Shown: in pieces, positions 51,455 to 62,424 of the stretch | Layout: every line of letters starts with the position of its first letter | Position numbering within the stretch: the stretch's first letter is position 1 | Origin: Anthoceros angustus | Taxonomy: Eukaryota > Plantae > Anthocerotophyta | DNA: 64,000 nt | NCBI GenBank assembly: GCA_010909165.1 | Contig: MU008197.1 | Location: 62,001-126,000, forward strand | Reading direction: 5' to 3' | Program-made: the position numbers and the translations under genes | Notes under the pieces: generated by a model | The model's input: the letters and a program-made list of their open reading frames with translations, nothing else | The model's database searches: none | What the model was told of the DNA's origin: nothing

Positions 51455-51980
51455 TTTCATGCTGTGATTTCCTATCTCAAATTTTTCGCTAATGTGTAAC
51501 TAGTGTGACATGACATTGATGAAGGGATGGTAGCACGGTGGGGTCACGTGTACAGTTGCAAGCAGATGTTATATTTGCAGAGCATTGCAAGGTCAGGCCA
51601 AGACCCATTCCAATGCTGTGATTTCCTCTCAATTTTTCAACTGATGCATAATTAGTGTGATGTGATGTTAGAGAAGGCAATGGTAGCATGGCAGGGTATC
51701 TCATGCGCATGTACAGCTGCAAGTAGTTGCAAGGTGAGGCCAAGACCCATTCCATGCTGTGATTTTCATCTCAAATTTTCAGCTGATGCGTAACCAGGCT
51801 GTGATGTGAAGTTAGAGAAGGCGATGGTAGAATGGTGGGGTCCCATGTACATGTACAATTGCAAGCAGCTGCAAGGTGAGGCCAAGATCCATTCCATGCT
51901 GTGATTTCCCATCTCAAAATTTTAGTTGATGCGTAACCAGACTGTGATGTGACGTTAAAGAAGGCGATACTAGCAGGGCG
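51455..51980. repeat. Diverged tandem array of about 140-bp units (about 3.5 copies)
   Basis: Recurring catgctgtgattt..tctcaa.ttt...gtgatgtga...gaagg..atggtag...tgcaaggt.aggccaaga.ccattcc. Confidence 0.8.
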
Positions 51981-52935
51981 GGGTCTTGGGTGAATAAGGA
52001 GTGACGAGCCGATGCATGACAAGAGGGATGTCTTTGGAGGGCCAGAATTGGATGTTGTAGCACACAGAGGGGCGAGTGTATCGTCACCAGCAAGTAACAA
52101 ACATGTGTCGAGTGTGGACATGGAAAACAACGCAAGAAGAATCGTAGGGTGGGTGGCGGAGGGAGGACAGGAGTGGAGCAGCCAGTAGAAGCTATGGTTG
52201 GGGTAGGGGCAAAAAGGAATGCAAAATGGAATGATCTCGTAGGGACAATGTTGCGTGACAGAAAGGTAATATGTGATCAGATGGTTCGTATGCGCCATGG
52301 CAGCAGGCTGAGGGCCATGGTGCATGAGGGAGGCACACACCGCCTGCATTGGAAGGTGCATGTGGCGGCATCAGATAAAGAAAAATAGGCCGGTGCGCTA
52401 GAAATTTGGGGTATAAAGATGTGTAGAGATTTGCACAAATGGTAAATATAAAGTACCGTATAATGGATATGAACATGCTACTGTACGTACGTAACCCGTG
52501 TGCCATAGATACTTATTATATATAAAATCTAGTACGGACGTATATAACTGAAATTTGCAACAAAAGCTCTGGTCTAGTTTCCAAGCAGAAGTGTGATAAG
52601 GGCCCAAAGAGTGTTAGTATTGCATAGCCCCAAATTGCAACATGAGTGTTACCTCCGGGGGTCCAAATCTTAACATAAAGAGTAACATGAGCAGGCATTT
52701 TTTGTTTTTTTATACAATATTACTGATTAGTAGTATAAATGATTGGTTAAGTACTTCTCCTTGCTCCCACGATTTGCCAAGGAAGCAATTTAGTGATGTA
52801 CAAAACCACTGAATTTCAATGGACAACTCTTTCCCTATCTATCTTAGGACTTAAGGCTTAGGCCTACTATAGCACATAGAGGATGTTGACCCAGTTCGTT
52901 GAGCGTGTCGGACTCCCTCGAGCGAGTTCTTATAG

Positions 52936-53001
52936 GCGGGATCACGTATTCTATAATACCGGTAATGAGCGGAATCACGTATTCTATAATACCGGTAATG
53001 A
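52936..53001. repeat. 33-bp direct duplication
   Basis: gcgg(g/a)atcacgtattctataataccggtaatga x2. Confidence 0.85.
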
Positions 53002-53510
53002 TATTGCTTAGGCAATCTAAACCCAAACATCTTTTCCTTACCAGTATACCTTGGGCCCGTTTTATGTATCACATTCTAGTACATGATTAGATTAAAGTGT
53101 AAGCCTCATAGATTGTTTCCTTGACCAAACAAAGCATAATTGTTCCTTGTAAGTCGCAAAAACTCAGCATCTTCTTTCTTCTCTACGAGTCACAAGGACT
53201 AATATGATTAAAAGGATAACATGTAATAAGAATCAATCGTGAGGAGTCCATAGAGGGAGAAGACACACCAAGCATCTTTGTGCCTGAGGATGAACTTGAG
53301 TATTTAAGCTATACAATTAGGAAAAATTAGGGCAAACTTGCTTTGCAAGGTGTATGTGCATTGGGACCCCCCAACGGCATAAGTGTGGTGTGAAACCTTG
53401 TCCCAAAAAACTGCCCTAAGTGTGTCGCAAAGGCTTGTGTATCCTAACACAAACATGAGGATGGCATGTTCATGCGGGATGAGGATGGGGATGATGCTAT
53501 TCATGGGGAT

Positions 53511-53601
53511 CCAGTAGGGGGTCGATCCCCATTGTTAGGGACTCCCGTTTCCCATGTGCAAGTAAGGATGGTCCCTAACAGTGGGGATCGACCCTTCCTG
53601 G
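53511..53601 (+). ncRNA. Isolated miRNA-precursor-like hairpin
   Basis: 24-bp stem, 53519-53542 with 53571-53594 (23 Watson-Crick pairs plus one G:U), 28-nt loop, extendable basal stem. I do not recognise a known miRNA in it. Confidence 0.45.
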
Positions 53602-55012
53602 CATACTTGCTAACGCCTACAACAAACAGCAAACGTTATACACACATAGCGGCTCACGAAAAGCCCAGACGAACGAATGGGAACGGGAAGCTTTATGCTC
53701 TTGATTCACCCAAGGCCGCGTGAAGTGAGATGTGGTTACACAAACAGGAATTAGCACAAGAGGGTAATCGTTGGGAGTTGTTAGTGAGGGAGAAGGCATA
53801 TACAGGAGGAGACAAGATTCGTTGCGTTGACAGGGGTGAAACGGAGCAGGTAAAGTGGAGGAGGTGACAGCAGGTTGCACACCGTCGTAACGGATCTCTG
53901 CGACGCAAACTCATCCCAGTCCCAGTCCCAGTCCGAGTCCCAGTTCCAGTCCCAGTCCCAGTCCGAGTTCGAGTCCCAGACAGCCGTGCTGACAGGCAGC
54001 AGTGCAGCAGAAGCCGAGGCAGAAGCAGGACAAGACAAAAGTCCCGGGAGAGAGTTGGTTAACCTGACTCGACTGGCCTAACTGCTAACCGGAGCAGCGG
54101 ACCGCGGGTTGGTTGGTCCGGAAAAATTTGAATTGGCGGAGGCGCTGGCGCTGGCGCTGCCGCCAGTGGCAGCGGCAGCGCTGGCTGGGCCAAGGCCTTG
54201 CAAGGCCCAGGCCCAGGCGGAGGCGGAAGCCCTGGTAGCAGCAGCGCAAAGACCAGAGCAAACCAGGAGAGGGGCGACCGGTCCCCGCTCCCGCTCCCCG
54301 CTCCCCGCTCCCCGCTCCCCGCTCCCGCTCCCGCTCCCGTGCTCGCTTGATTCCTTCTATCCTGTTCCTGTTGCGGCACCAGCATTCTGCTTCTCCTCTC
54401 TTGACTCTCGCTTCCCTTCCCTGCCCTGCCCTCCCATTCCTCACCTCACCCGCCTTTCCCTTGCGCGCGCCCCCCCGCTAAAGATCCCTGCTCGCGCCCC
54501 TCCCCCCGACTGTAGCCCCACTTTTGCCCCCAAATCTGGCCACCTCCTGGAGCGGGACTAGGAACTAGCTCGCTGCAGCTTTTCACGCTCCGGGAAAAAG
54601 TCTTGCCAGCGCCCACCCAGCTTCTTGTTTCTCGTCTTGTCTCCTCCTCTGCTCTTCTTCTGCTCCCTGCTCCCTGCTCCCCCGCCTCTCGTGAATTGCT
54701 CGCCCCTCGCTTCTTGCTCGCCGGGGATCGTGTCGTGCCGTGTCGTGTCGCGACGTGTGTGTGTGAGTGTGTGTGTGTTTGTGCCGCTGCTGCGTGGCCG
54801 CAGCGGGGAGCAGGGATCCGGGGCACCAAATTCTGGTACGGCTTTCCCTTCTTGGTGCGCCTGGTGCCTGCGGCTTCTTGATGCGCGGGCGGTGGCATTT
54901 GAGGGAGCCGGGCTTCTTTGTTTGGGGGGCCGGGGTGGGTGACTGACAGTGGCCAAATTTCGTGTGGTGGGTGCAGCGGGGCGGGAGCGTGCTTCTTGGC
55001 AAGCTTGCGAGC

Positions 55013-56290
55013 ATGGGGTACTGGCTGCTCAAGACGGAGCCGGACGAGTGGTCGTGGGATAAGCAGACGGCCAACGCGGGCCTGTCGGTGTGGGATGGCG
55101 TGAAGAATGCCCAGGCGCAGAAGCTGATGAAGACCATGAAAGTGGGCGACCTGTGCTTCTTCTACCACACCGGCAACGTGAAGGAGGTGAAGGGAATTGT
55201 GCGGGTGGTGAGGCCCAACTACCCTGACCCCAGCGACAGCTCGGGAAAATACGTGGCCGTGGATGTGCAGGAGGTGGTGCCGCTCAAGCGCTCCGTCACT
55301 CTTGCTCAGGTCAAGGATGATGAGCAGATGAAGGATTTCCAGCTGCTCAAGCAGCCCCGCCTGGCGGTGGTGCCCGTGAGCGAGTCGCAGTGGGAGAGGG
55401 TGTGTGAATTGGGGGAGGTGGATGCCCCCAAGCTGCCTCCGCAGGCCGAGGACAAGGTAATTCCTGCCGCCGCCGCTGCTGCGACCGAGGAGGTGGAGAC
55501 GAGCAAGGTGACGGAGGAGGTGGAGACGAGCAAGGTGACGGAGGTGGGCCACGAGGTGGCCGAGGCCGAGGAGCCGGAGAAGGTCTCCTCCGACTCCGAG
55601 GAGAAGCTAGCCGCGGCGGAGGAGAGCCAGCCCCCCAAGGCGGCTGCCAAGAAGGGCAAGACCAAGGCTGCCGCCGAGAAGCAGCAGCACACGGCACCTT
55701 CCGTGGGCACCAGGTCGTCCAGGAGCGCGGAGGAGGGCAAGAAGGGGGCTGCTGCTGCCGTCACCACCAGAGGGAGGCCGGCGAAGAAAATTGCGGACGC
55801 AAAGAAGGTGCCTGCGGAGGAGAAGAGGTCCTCTTCCAGGACCAGGAAGGCCAAGACCAACGGGGCTGCGGCCGCGGCTGCCGCAGCGGATGTGAAGGAG
55901 GTGCCTGCTGCCAAGCCCGTGGAGCGGAAGAAGACCTCCACGGCCAAGGCCAAAAAGGTGACCAAGGCCAATGGGGCGGACAGCGCCAAGGAGACTCCTG
56001 CCAAAAAGGCTCTGGCCGTCAAGAAGACCCCCATCAAGGCCAAAAAGGCTACCAAGTCCAATGGGGCTCTGGCTCCTCAGGATGCCTCCGCCAAGGGGGC
56101 TGCTGCTGCGGATTCCGGGAAGAAGCAGGCGGCCAAGAGCAGGAAGAAGCCCAAGAAAGAGGCAGCAGCCGACACCAAGGCCTCCCTGGCTGACAAGGAG
56201 GCGAAGAAACCCGGTCGGCCAAGAAAGCGCGCTGCCGAGGCCCCCGCCGAGGTTCAAAAAGGTCAGAAGAGGAAGAAGGCAGCTTCATGA
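55013..56290 (+). CDS. EVE-domain (THYN1-like) protein with long Lys/Ala-rich tail and two AT-hook-like motifs
   Basis: MGYWLLKTEPDEWSW..WDGVKNAQAQK.MK.MKVGDLCFFYH...QPRLAVVPV; tail contains TRGRPAKK and KPGRPRKR; single exon, ATG 55013. Confidence 0.9.
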   Translation: MGYWLLKTEPDEWSWDKQTANAGLSVWDGVKNAQAQKLMKTMKVGDLCFFYHTGNVKEVKGIVRVVRPNYPDPSDSSGKYVAVDVQEVVPLKRSVTLAQVKDDEQMKDFQLLKQPRLAVVPVSESQWERVCELGEVDAPKLPPQAEDKVIPAAAAAATEEVETSKVTEEVETSKVTEVGHEVAEAEEPEKVSSDSEEKLAAAEESQPPKAAAKKGKTKAAAEKQQHTAPSVGTRSSRSAEEGKKGAAAAVTTRGRPAKKIADAKKVPAEEKRSSSRTRKAKTNGAAAAAAAADVKEVPAAKPVERKKTSTAKAKKVTKANGADSAKETPAKKALAVKKTPIKAKKATKSNGALAPQDASAKGAAAADSGKKQAAKSRKKPKKEAAADTKASLADKEAKKPGRPRKRAAEAPAEVQKGQKRKKAAS

Positions 56291-56334
56291 GAGACTGCAG
56301 GCAGAGAGAGAGAGCTATGGCACACAACGCAGGT

Positions 56335-56440
56335 TGCCTGCCTGCCTTCCTTCCTTCCTTCCTCCCTCCCTCCCTTCCTCCCTCCCTCCGTCCCTCGGTC
56401 CCTCCCTCCCTCCCTTCCTTCCTCCTCCTCCTCCTCCTTG
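56335..56440. repeat. Pyrimidine (CCTT/CCTC)n microsatellite just downstream of the EVE gene
   Basis: Direct inspection. Confidence 0.85.
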
Positions 56441-58003
56441 TACCTCTGTCTCTCTCTCACCTCAGATCCATCATGTAACATCAAGGTGCACGATCACACC
56501 ACCTCAGTCACAACCGTCTGCAACGCATAGGCGTGTCAGCATGGTGGCTATGGTTTCCGGCCTCTCTGAATTTCTCGCGAAAAAATTCAGCCCTTGTGAC
56601 CGACCGACCTCGAGAAGCTGGAGCCTGCACCACCTAGAAATGCACTTGTTGCTGTAGAATGCTAGGCTATTAGACCAAAAATTCTCTTGGCAGTTTCATT
56701 TTTTTTCTTCTTGTGTGATCCTCAGTGAACATCTAGATCTCTTGCCTCCTGTTCGCACTGTGCCCAAAACCAGCGTTCCTTCATGACTCCTTTCTAGTAC
56801 TCTAGGAAGGATTGAAGGAATGCTGCTTTCTTCCCTTGATGCATGCCATTCATGTTACGCTGCTGCGAAGTAGGTGTGTTCATGCAGGAAGGTGTGAGGC
56901 TGGTTAGATGGTAGGTAGTGGTTCTCTGATCAGCCAGTTTTCTGTCGTGAAAATCTGCTGACTCTGTGAATAATCTTGCGGGATGTTCACTACCTTCTCT
57001 AGCTAGTTAGTAAGGTACATCTGTACTCTTTTCTCAGAATGTCTGAAAGCTTTTGCCACTTCTTGCCGTTGGCTGTATTTATGAAATTCGCACACGCAAT
57101 CTCAATTTCTTCTCCACCCACGCACACATTCTTGGGACTCACGTCTGCAACCTGGAGGAGACTCTCACACCGAAGCCCCAACCAAGGAGACACTTGAGGA
57201 AGAGAGGGATGCGTTGCGCGATGTCGTATGTATGTACAGTACTGTACATACATACACAGCTTGGATGCTGTACTGCATCCATACGTCCCCGCAAGCTTAG
57301 CTAGAGAATAATGTAATCTTGAGTCAGACTTAAACACACGCACGCAAAGATTACTCTCGGGCTTAGTCGCACAAACACACGGATGCAACGCGCAAGGACA
57401 GGCTAGATAAGTCAAAAATCCGTCGCTTGGCGTTCCCGGTGGGAAAGCCCGCTGCCGGGAACTGCGAAACTGGCCTGCAGGGACTTCACCGGGAAGTGGG
57501 AAGTGGGAAGTCGGGAGCGAGGCCGCATTTGCTCCGACGAGGATGCAGTAAAGAAGCAAGAAGAGGACACAGGAGATGAGGCAGATCCGTCATGGACCAT
57601 GGTGGGGCAGTTGGTTCGCTCGCGTGTGGACATCGGAAGCCTTTTTTTAATGCCATGGCTGCGTGTAGATATGGCAAGTGAGGCTGGAACTTCTACTGTA
57701 ACGGAAGAGCATATGTACTGTGGCGATCCGGGCCCACGCAGTGGGATGCCTGCAGCGGCAGCCTGGACCCAGCCAGATCGATACTGTATCCACGCAGCAG
57801 GCCCTGCGGCAGGCGCTGTCGGCGGCCTCCTCGAACAGGCGGCCAGGCCGACGCCATCGCCGCCGTTGTGTGCTAGCTTGCATCACCCTCACGTGCGGAC
57901 TATGCTCCAGACCTAGCTTCTTGTCAGGGCGCGGGGTTGTGGGCGGTACAATTGCAAGGGAAGCTCGCTTCTTGTAGGTCGGCAGGAGCTGAGGGCTGGT
58001 GGA

Positions 58004-59910
58004 ATGGACGATGGTGTGGACGAGGGGACGCGGGAGGTCGTGAAAACTATCGAGTGCAGAGCGCCTGGGAAGGTGATACTGGCGGGAGAGCATGCTGTGG
58101 TGCATGGCGGGGCAGCAGTTGCGGCCTCGCTTGGCCTCTACACCAAGGCCTGCATTCACCTTCACTCACGGGATCGTGGTAGGCAACCACTCCTCACTCG
58201 TGCTTCGCCTCCCGTTGGAGATGTATCTGCCGTAGGGGTTTGAAGCAGAGGGTGGTTTTGGTAGGGAAGGAGGAGGAGGAGTTCTTGGACCTGCACCTGC
58301 CACAGCTGGAGGTGCATATGACGTGGTCCCTCGCGAGAATCAGAGCTGCATTCGATTGGCCCGTTCTAGTCGATGTTGATGAGGGAACTGTTCGTCCTTT
58401 CTCCGACGATTTGTGCAAGCAGCTGGAACTCTTTGTGGGTACACAGTTCAAGCCGGAGTTACCTGCTGTAGCTGTTGCTGGTGTCATGGCATTCCTGTAC
58501 CTGTATGCTTCTATTGTGGGGTAACAACCTGTCCCTCCACCGGTCTTCATGCAGCTTTGCTTCATCCAGGTCTTTTGGATGTGCTTTTTGTGGCGTGCAA
58601 TGAGCTCGTAATTCATCGGGTTCGTGTTTGTCTGATCCTTTGGGTTTTGCATGGCTAACAAATCTCACACTTCAGGTTGCTGCCGTCCACAGTCACTGTC
58701 GAATCTGAACTTCCCGTAGGCGCTGGACTTGGTTCTTCAGCTGCATTCTGTGTCTCCCTAGCAGCGGGTCTGCTAGCTTTGGCTGGCAAGTTGAAGTGTC
58801 CTCCGAGTGGAAAGTGGTTGGACGTGGATGAGAACTCCTTGGAACTGGTGAACGCGTGGGCGTTTCAAGGGGAGAGGATTGTACATGGAAGGCCCTCCGG
58901 TATTGACAATACTGTTAGCACATTTGGTAAGTCTAACTTGGCCTCCTGCGGACTTTGTTTGTGTCAATGTGTCATTTCTGAATTTAGTGCATCAGGGTGG
59001 TTGCGCATTCTGTCTGACATGTTATCCTTACCAGCTCGTTGTCGATACGACTAGCTTATGCCAAGCAAACTGATTCCGGAAATCGTGCTTGCTTCAGGCT
59101 CAATTGTCAAATTCAAGCAGTCAAACATTACCCGCCTGCACCAGGCAATTCCTCTGAGAATGCTCCTCACGAATACAAGAGTTGCTCGAAATACAAAAAC
59201 ACTTGTAGCTGCTGTCGGTGAAAGGGCAAAGACGTACCCTCAGGCAATGACATGTATCTTCAATGCCATTGATGCCATTGCAGAGACAGCTGTTTCCATC
59301 CTGCGATCAGGTGAGGTCAAGGTCAAGGAATCTGAGCAGGGACGCGGCCAGCAGTTGGCAGACTCCCAAGGCTACAAGACTGATGCCGAAGTTCAGTTGG
59401 AAGAGCTAGTGGAGATGAACCAGGGCCTGTTGCATAGCATCGGTGTTAGTCATTCAACGATCGAGAAAATTTGCCAAATCACATCCACATTTGGCCTGTA
59501 CTCCAAGCTGACTGGCGCAGGAGGAGGTGGTTGTGTCCTGACATTGGTGCCTCGTGGTATCCTCCATTGTCTTGTCGCTTTTCGCCTAAATCCATTTTAT
59601 TGGTTGGATTTCATTCGTCATGACCACTTCTTTTACTATTTGCTTGTTACTTTGGGGCATCATGTTGGCTTGACATAAGGTCCCAGACACGCCAGCCACT
59701 CTTGTTGCGAAAGTGAAGTCACAGCTCGAAGAAGCTGGGTTTGATTGCTTTGAAGCTGCAATAGGAGGCGTGGGTGTGCAGGTTATGACCATGGAGGAAC
59801 CCTTTTGGGCTGGATGGCAGGACCTGAACCTGGAAGGCCAAGACCGAACTGCCTGCGTAGCTGGGATTTCACATGAGACCTGGAATACCGTCCATCCTTC
59901 CCCTTTTTGA
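58004..59910 (+). CDS. MVK: Mevalonate kinase (GHMP family), multi-exon
   Basis: [68 protein letters not shown]. The exact 3' end is uncertain (possible donor at gtgcag|gttatg). Confidence 0.93.
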
Positions 59911-60509
59911 CCGGGAATTCACTGTCACTGGACCGGGATGAGCCTCTTTGGAGCGATACTCGGAAGCCGGGGTTCGCTAGGTAGACCCTCCATTCCCGGT
60001 AGTATCGGCCCATTCTTTTCGCACTTCAAGAAATGCCTACTTTAGTAAATATCTGGAACTCTCGAGATATTTCCTATGGAATACCAAAGCGGACAGAGGG
60101 GACGAGGCATATTTTTTCGCACCAAATTCGCACAATACGTTAGGATATGTAGGCATATGTAAGACTATACTACCGGATCTAGTACGGACGGTTACCTCAT
60201 CACACACACACATCTCATTTATGGTGCCCTCACCAAGAGAGGCCATGCACCAAAGAGGTGAGACAGAACATGTCCTTGCCTCAAAATTGTTTTCAAAAGT
60301 TTCAACCTGAAAACAAAGAGGCAGAACATGTCCTTGCCTCAAAATTGTTTCCAAAAGAGAACATGTCCTTGCCTCAAAATTGTTTTCAAAAGTTTCAACC
60401 TGAAAACAAAGAGACTTTGACACTATGTTTTCAGAGTCTCCCACCCTATACGATTCTATTTTGTTGAATGCAATTACATGGCGGCCAACTCCAACTCGGC
60501 TGCTGTCAG

Positions 60510-60765
60510 GGCTTGCGCCATCGGGTTGCCAAACCCTACCTCGACCGTGGCTGTCCCCTCGGTTTGCAAAACCCTACGTCGGCCACGGCCATGGTCTACG
60601 AACCCTACCTCGGCTGCGGCCGCCCCCTCGGTTTGCAAAACCCTATGTTGGCTACGGCCATGGTTTGCGAACCCTACCTTGGCCGTGGCCGCCCCCTTGG
60701 TTTGCAAAACCCTACGTCAGCCGCGGCCATGGTTTGTGAAACCTACCTCGGGTCAAGGCCCACCA
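60510..60765. repeat. GC-rich array of about 34-bp units (68-bp dimer) with AAACCCTAC core; repeated at about 62075-62330
   Basis: ggtttgcaaaaccctacgtcggccacggccat alternating with ggtttgcgaaccctaccttggccgtggccgcccc. Confidence 0.8.
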
Positions 60766-60872
60766 CGCATCCACGGGTTCGAGCAAGTGACATTCGATTG
60801 GTCTTGTACTTGGGGAACTCGAGCTTTATAGAAAAGGAAGAAACAAGATCGTGCTCGTAATAAGGAAACACC

Positions 60873-62424
60873 TCAGGTGAGGTCAAGGTCAAGGAATCTG
60901 AGCAGGGACGCGGCCAGCAGTTGGCAGACTCCCAAGGCTACAAGACTGATGCCGAAGTTCAGTTGGAAGAGCTAGTGGAGATGAACCAGGGCCTGTTGCA
61001 TAGCATCGGTGTTAGTCATTCAACGATCGAGAAAATTTGCCAAATCACATCCACATTTGGCCTGTACTCCAAGCTGACTGGCGCAGGAGGAGGTGGTTGT
61101 GTCCTGACATTGGTGCCTCGTGGTATCCTCCATTGTCTTGTCGCTTTTCGCCTAAATCCATTTTATTGGTTGGATTTCATTCGTCATGACCACTTCTTTT
61201 ACTATTTGCTTGTTACTTTGGGGCATCATGTTGGCTTGACATAAGGTCCCAGACACGCCAGCCACTCTTGTTGCGAAAGTGAAGTCACAGCTCGAAGAAG
61301 CTGGGTTTGATTGCTTTGAAGCTGCAATAGGAGGCGTGGGTGTGCAGGTTATGACCATGGAGGAACCCTTTTGGGCTGGATGGCAAGGACCCGAACCTGG
61401 AAGGCCAAGACCGAACCGCCCTCTGCGTAGCTGGGATTTCACATGAGACCTGGAATACCGTCCATCCTTCCCCTTTTTGACCGGGAATTCACTGTCACTG
61501 GACCGGGATGAGCCTCTTTGGAGCGATACTCGGAAGCCGGGGTTCGCTAGGTAGACCCTCCATTCCCGGTAGTATCGGCCCATTCTTTTCGCACTTCAAG
61601 AAATGCCTACTAGTAAATATCTGGAACTCGAGATATTTCCTATGGAATACCAAAGCGGACAGAGGGGACGAGGCATATTTTTTCGCACCAAATTCGCACA
61701 ATACGTTAGGATATGTAGGCATATGTAAGACTATACTACCGGATCTAGTACGGACGGTTACCTCATCACACACACACATCTCATTTATGGTGCCCTCACC
61801 AAGAGAGGCCATGCACCAAAGAGGTGAGACAGAACATGTCCTTGCCTCAAAATTGTTTTCAAAAGTTTCAACCTGAAAACAAAGAGGCAGAACATGTCCT
61901 TGCCTCAAAATTGTTTCCAAAAGAGAACATGTCCTTGCCTCAAAATTGTTTTCAAAAGTTTCAACCTGAAAACAAAGAGACTTTGACACTATGTTTTCAG
62001 AGTCTCCCACCCTAATTCTATTTTGTTGAATGCAATTACATGGCGGCCAACTCCAACTCGGTCAGCTGTGGCTTGCGCCATCGGGTTGCCAAACCCTACC
62101 TCGACCGTGGCTGTCCCCTCGGTTTGCAAAACCCTACGTCGGCCACCATGGTTTGCGAACCCTACCTTGGCCGTGGCCGCCTTGGTTTGCAAAACCCTAT
62201 GTTGGCTACGCCATGGTTTGCGAACCCTACCTTGGCCGTGGCCGCCTTGGTTTGCAAAACCCCACGCCGCCACCAAGGGCCATGGTTTGTGAAACCTACC
62301 TCGGGCCGCAGCCACGGCCGCATCCACGGGTTCTGAGCAAGTGACATTCGATTGGTCTTGTACTTGGGGAACTCGAGCTTTATAGAAAAGGAAGAAACAA
62401 GATCGTGCTCGTAATAAGGAAACA
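60873..62424 (+). repeat. Tandem copy of 59307-60870 (3' half of MVK plus downstream DNA)
   Basis: tcaggtgaggtcaagg... restarts at 60873 and both copies end ...gtaataaggaaaca; they differ mainly by short indels. Confidence 0.93.

Noticed and set aside
50954-51499. Pro/Ser/Leu-rich and Arg/Gly/Glu-rich ORFs
   Set aside because: Translations of the GA microsatellite.
54059-56657. Several overlapping low-complexity ORFs around the EVE gene
   Set aside because: GC-rich microsatellite and antisense shadows; only the 55013 frame has a domain.
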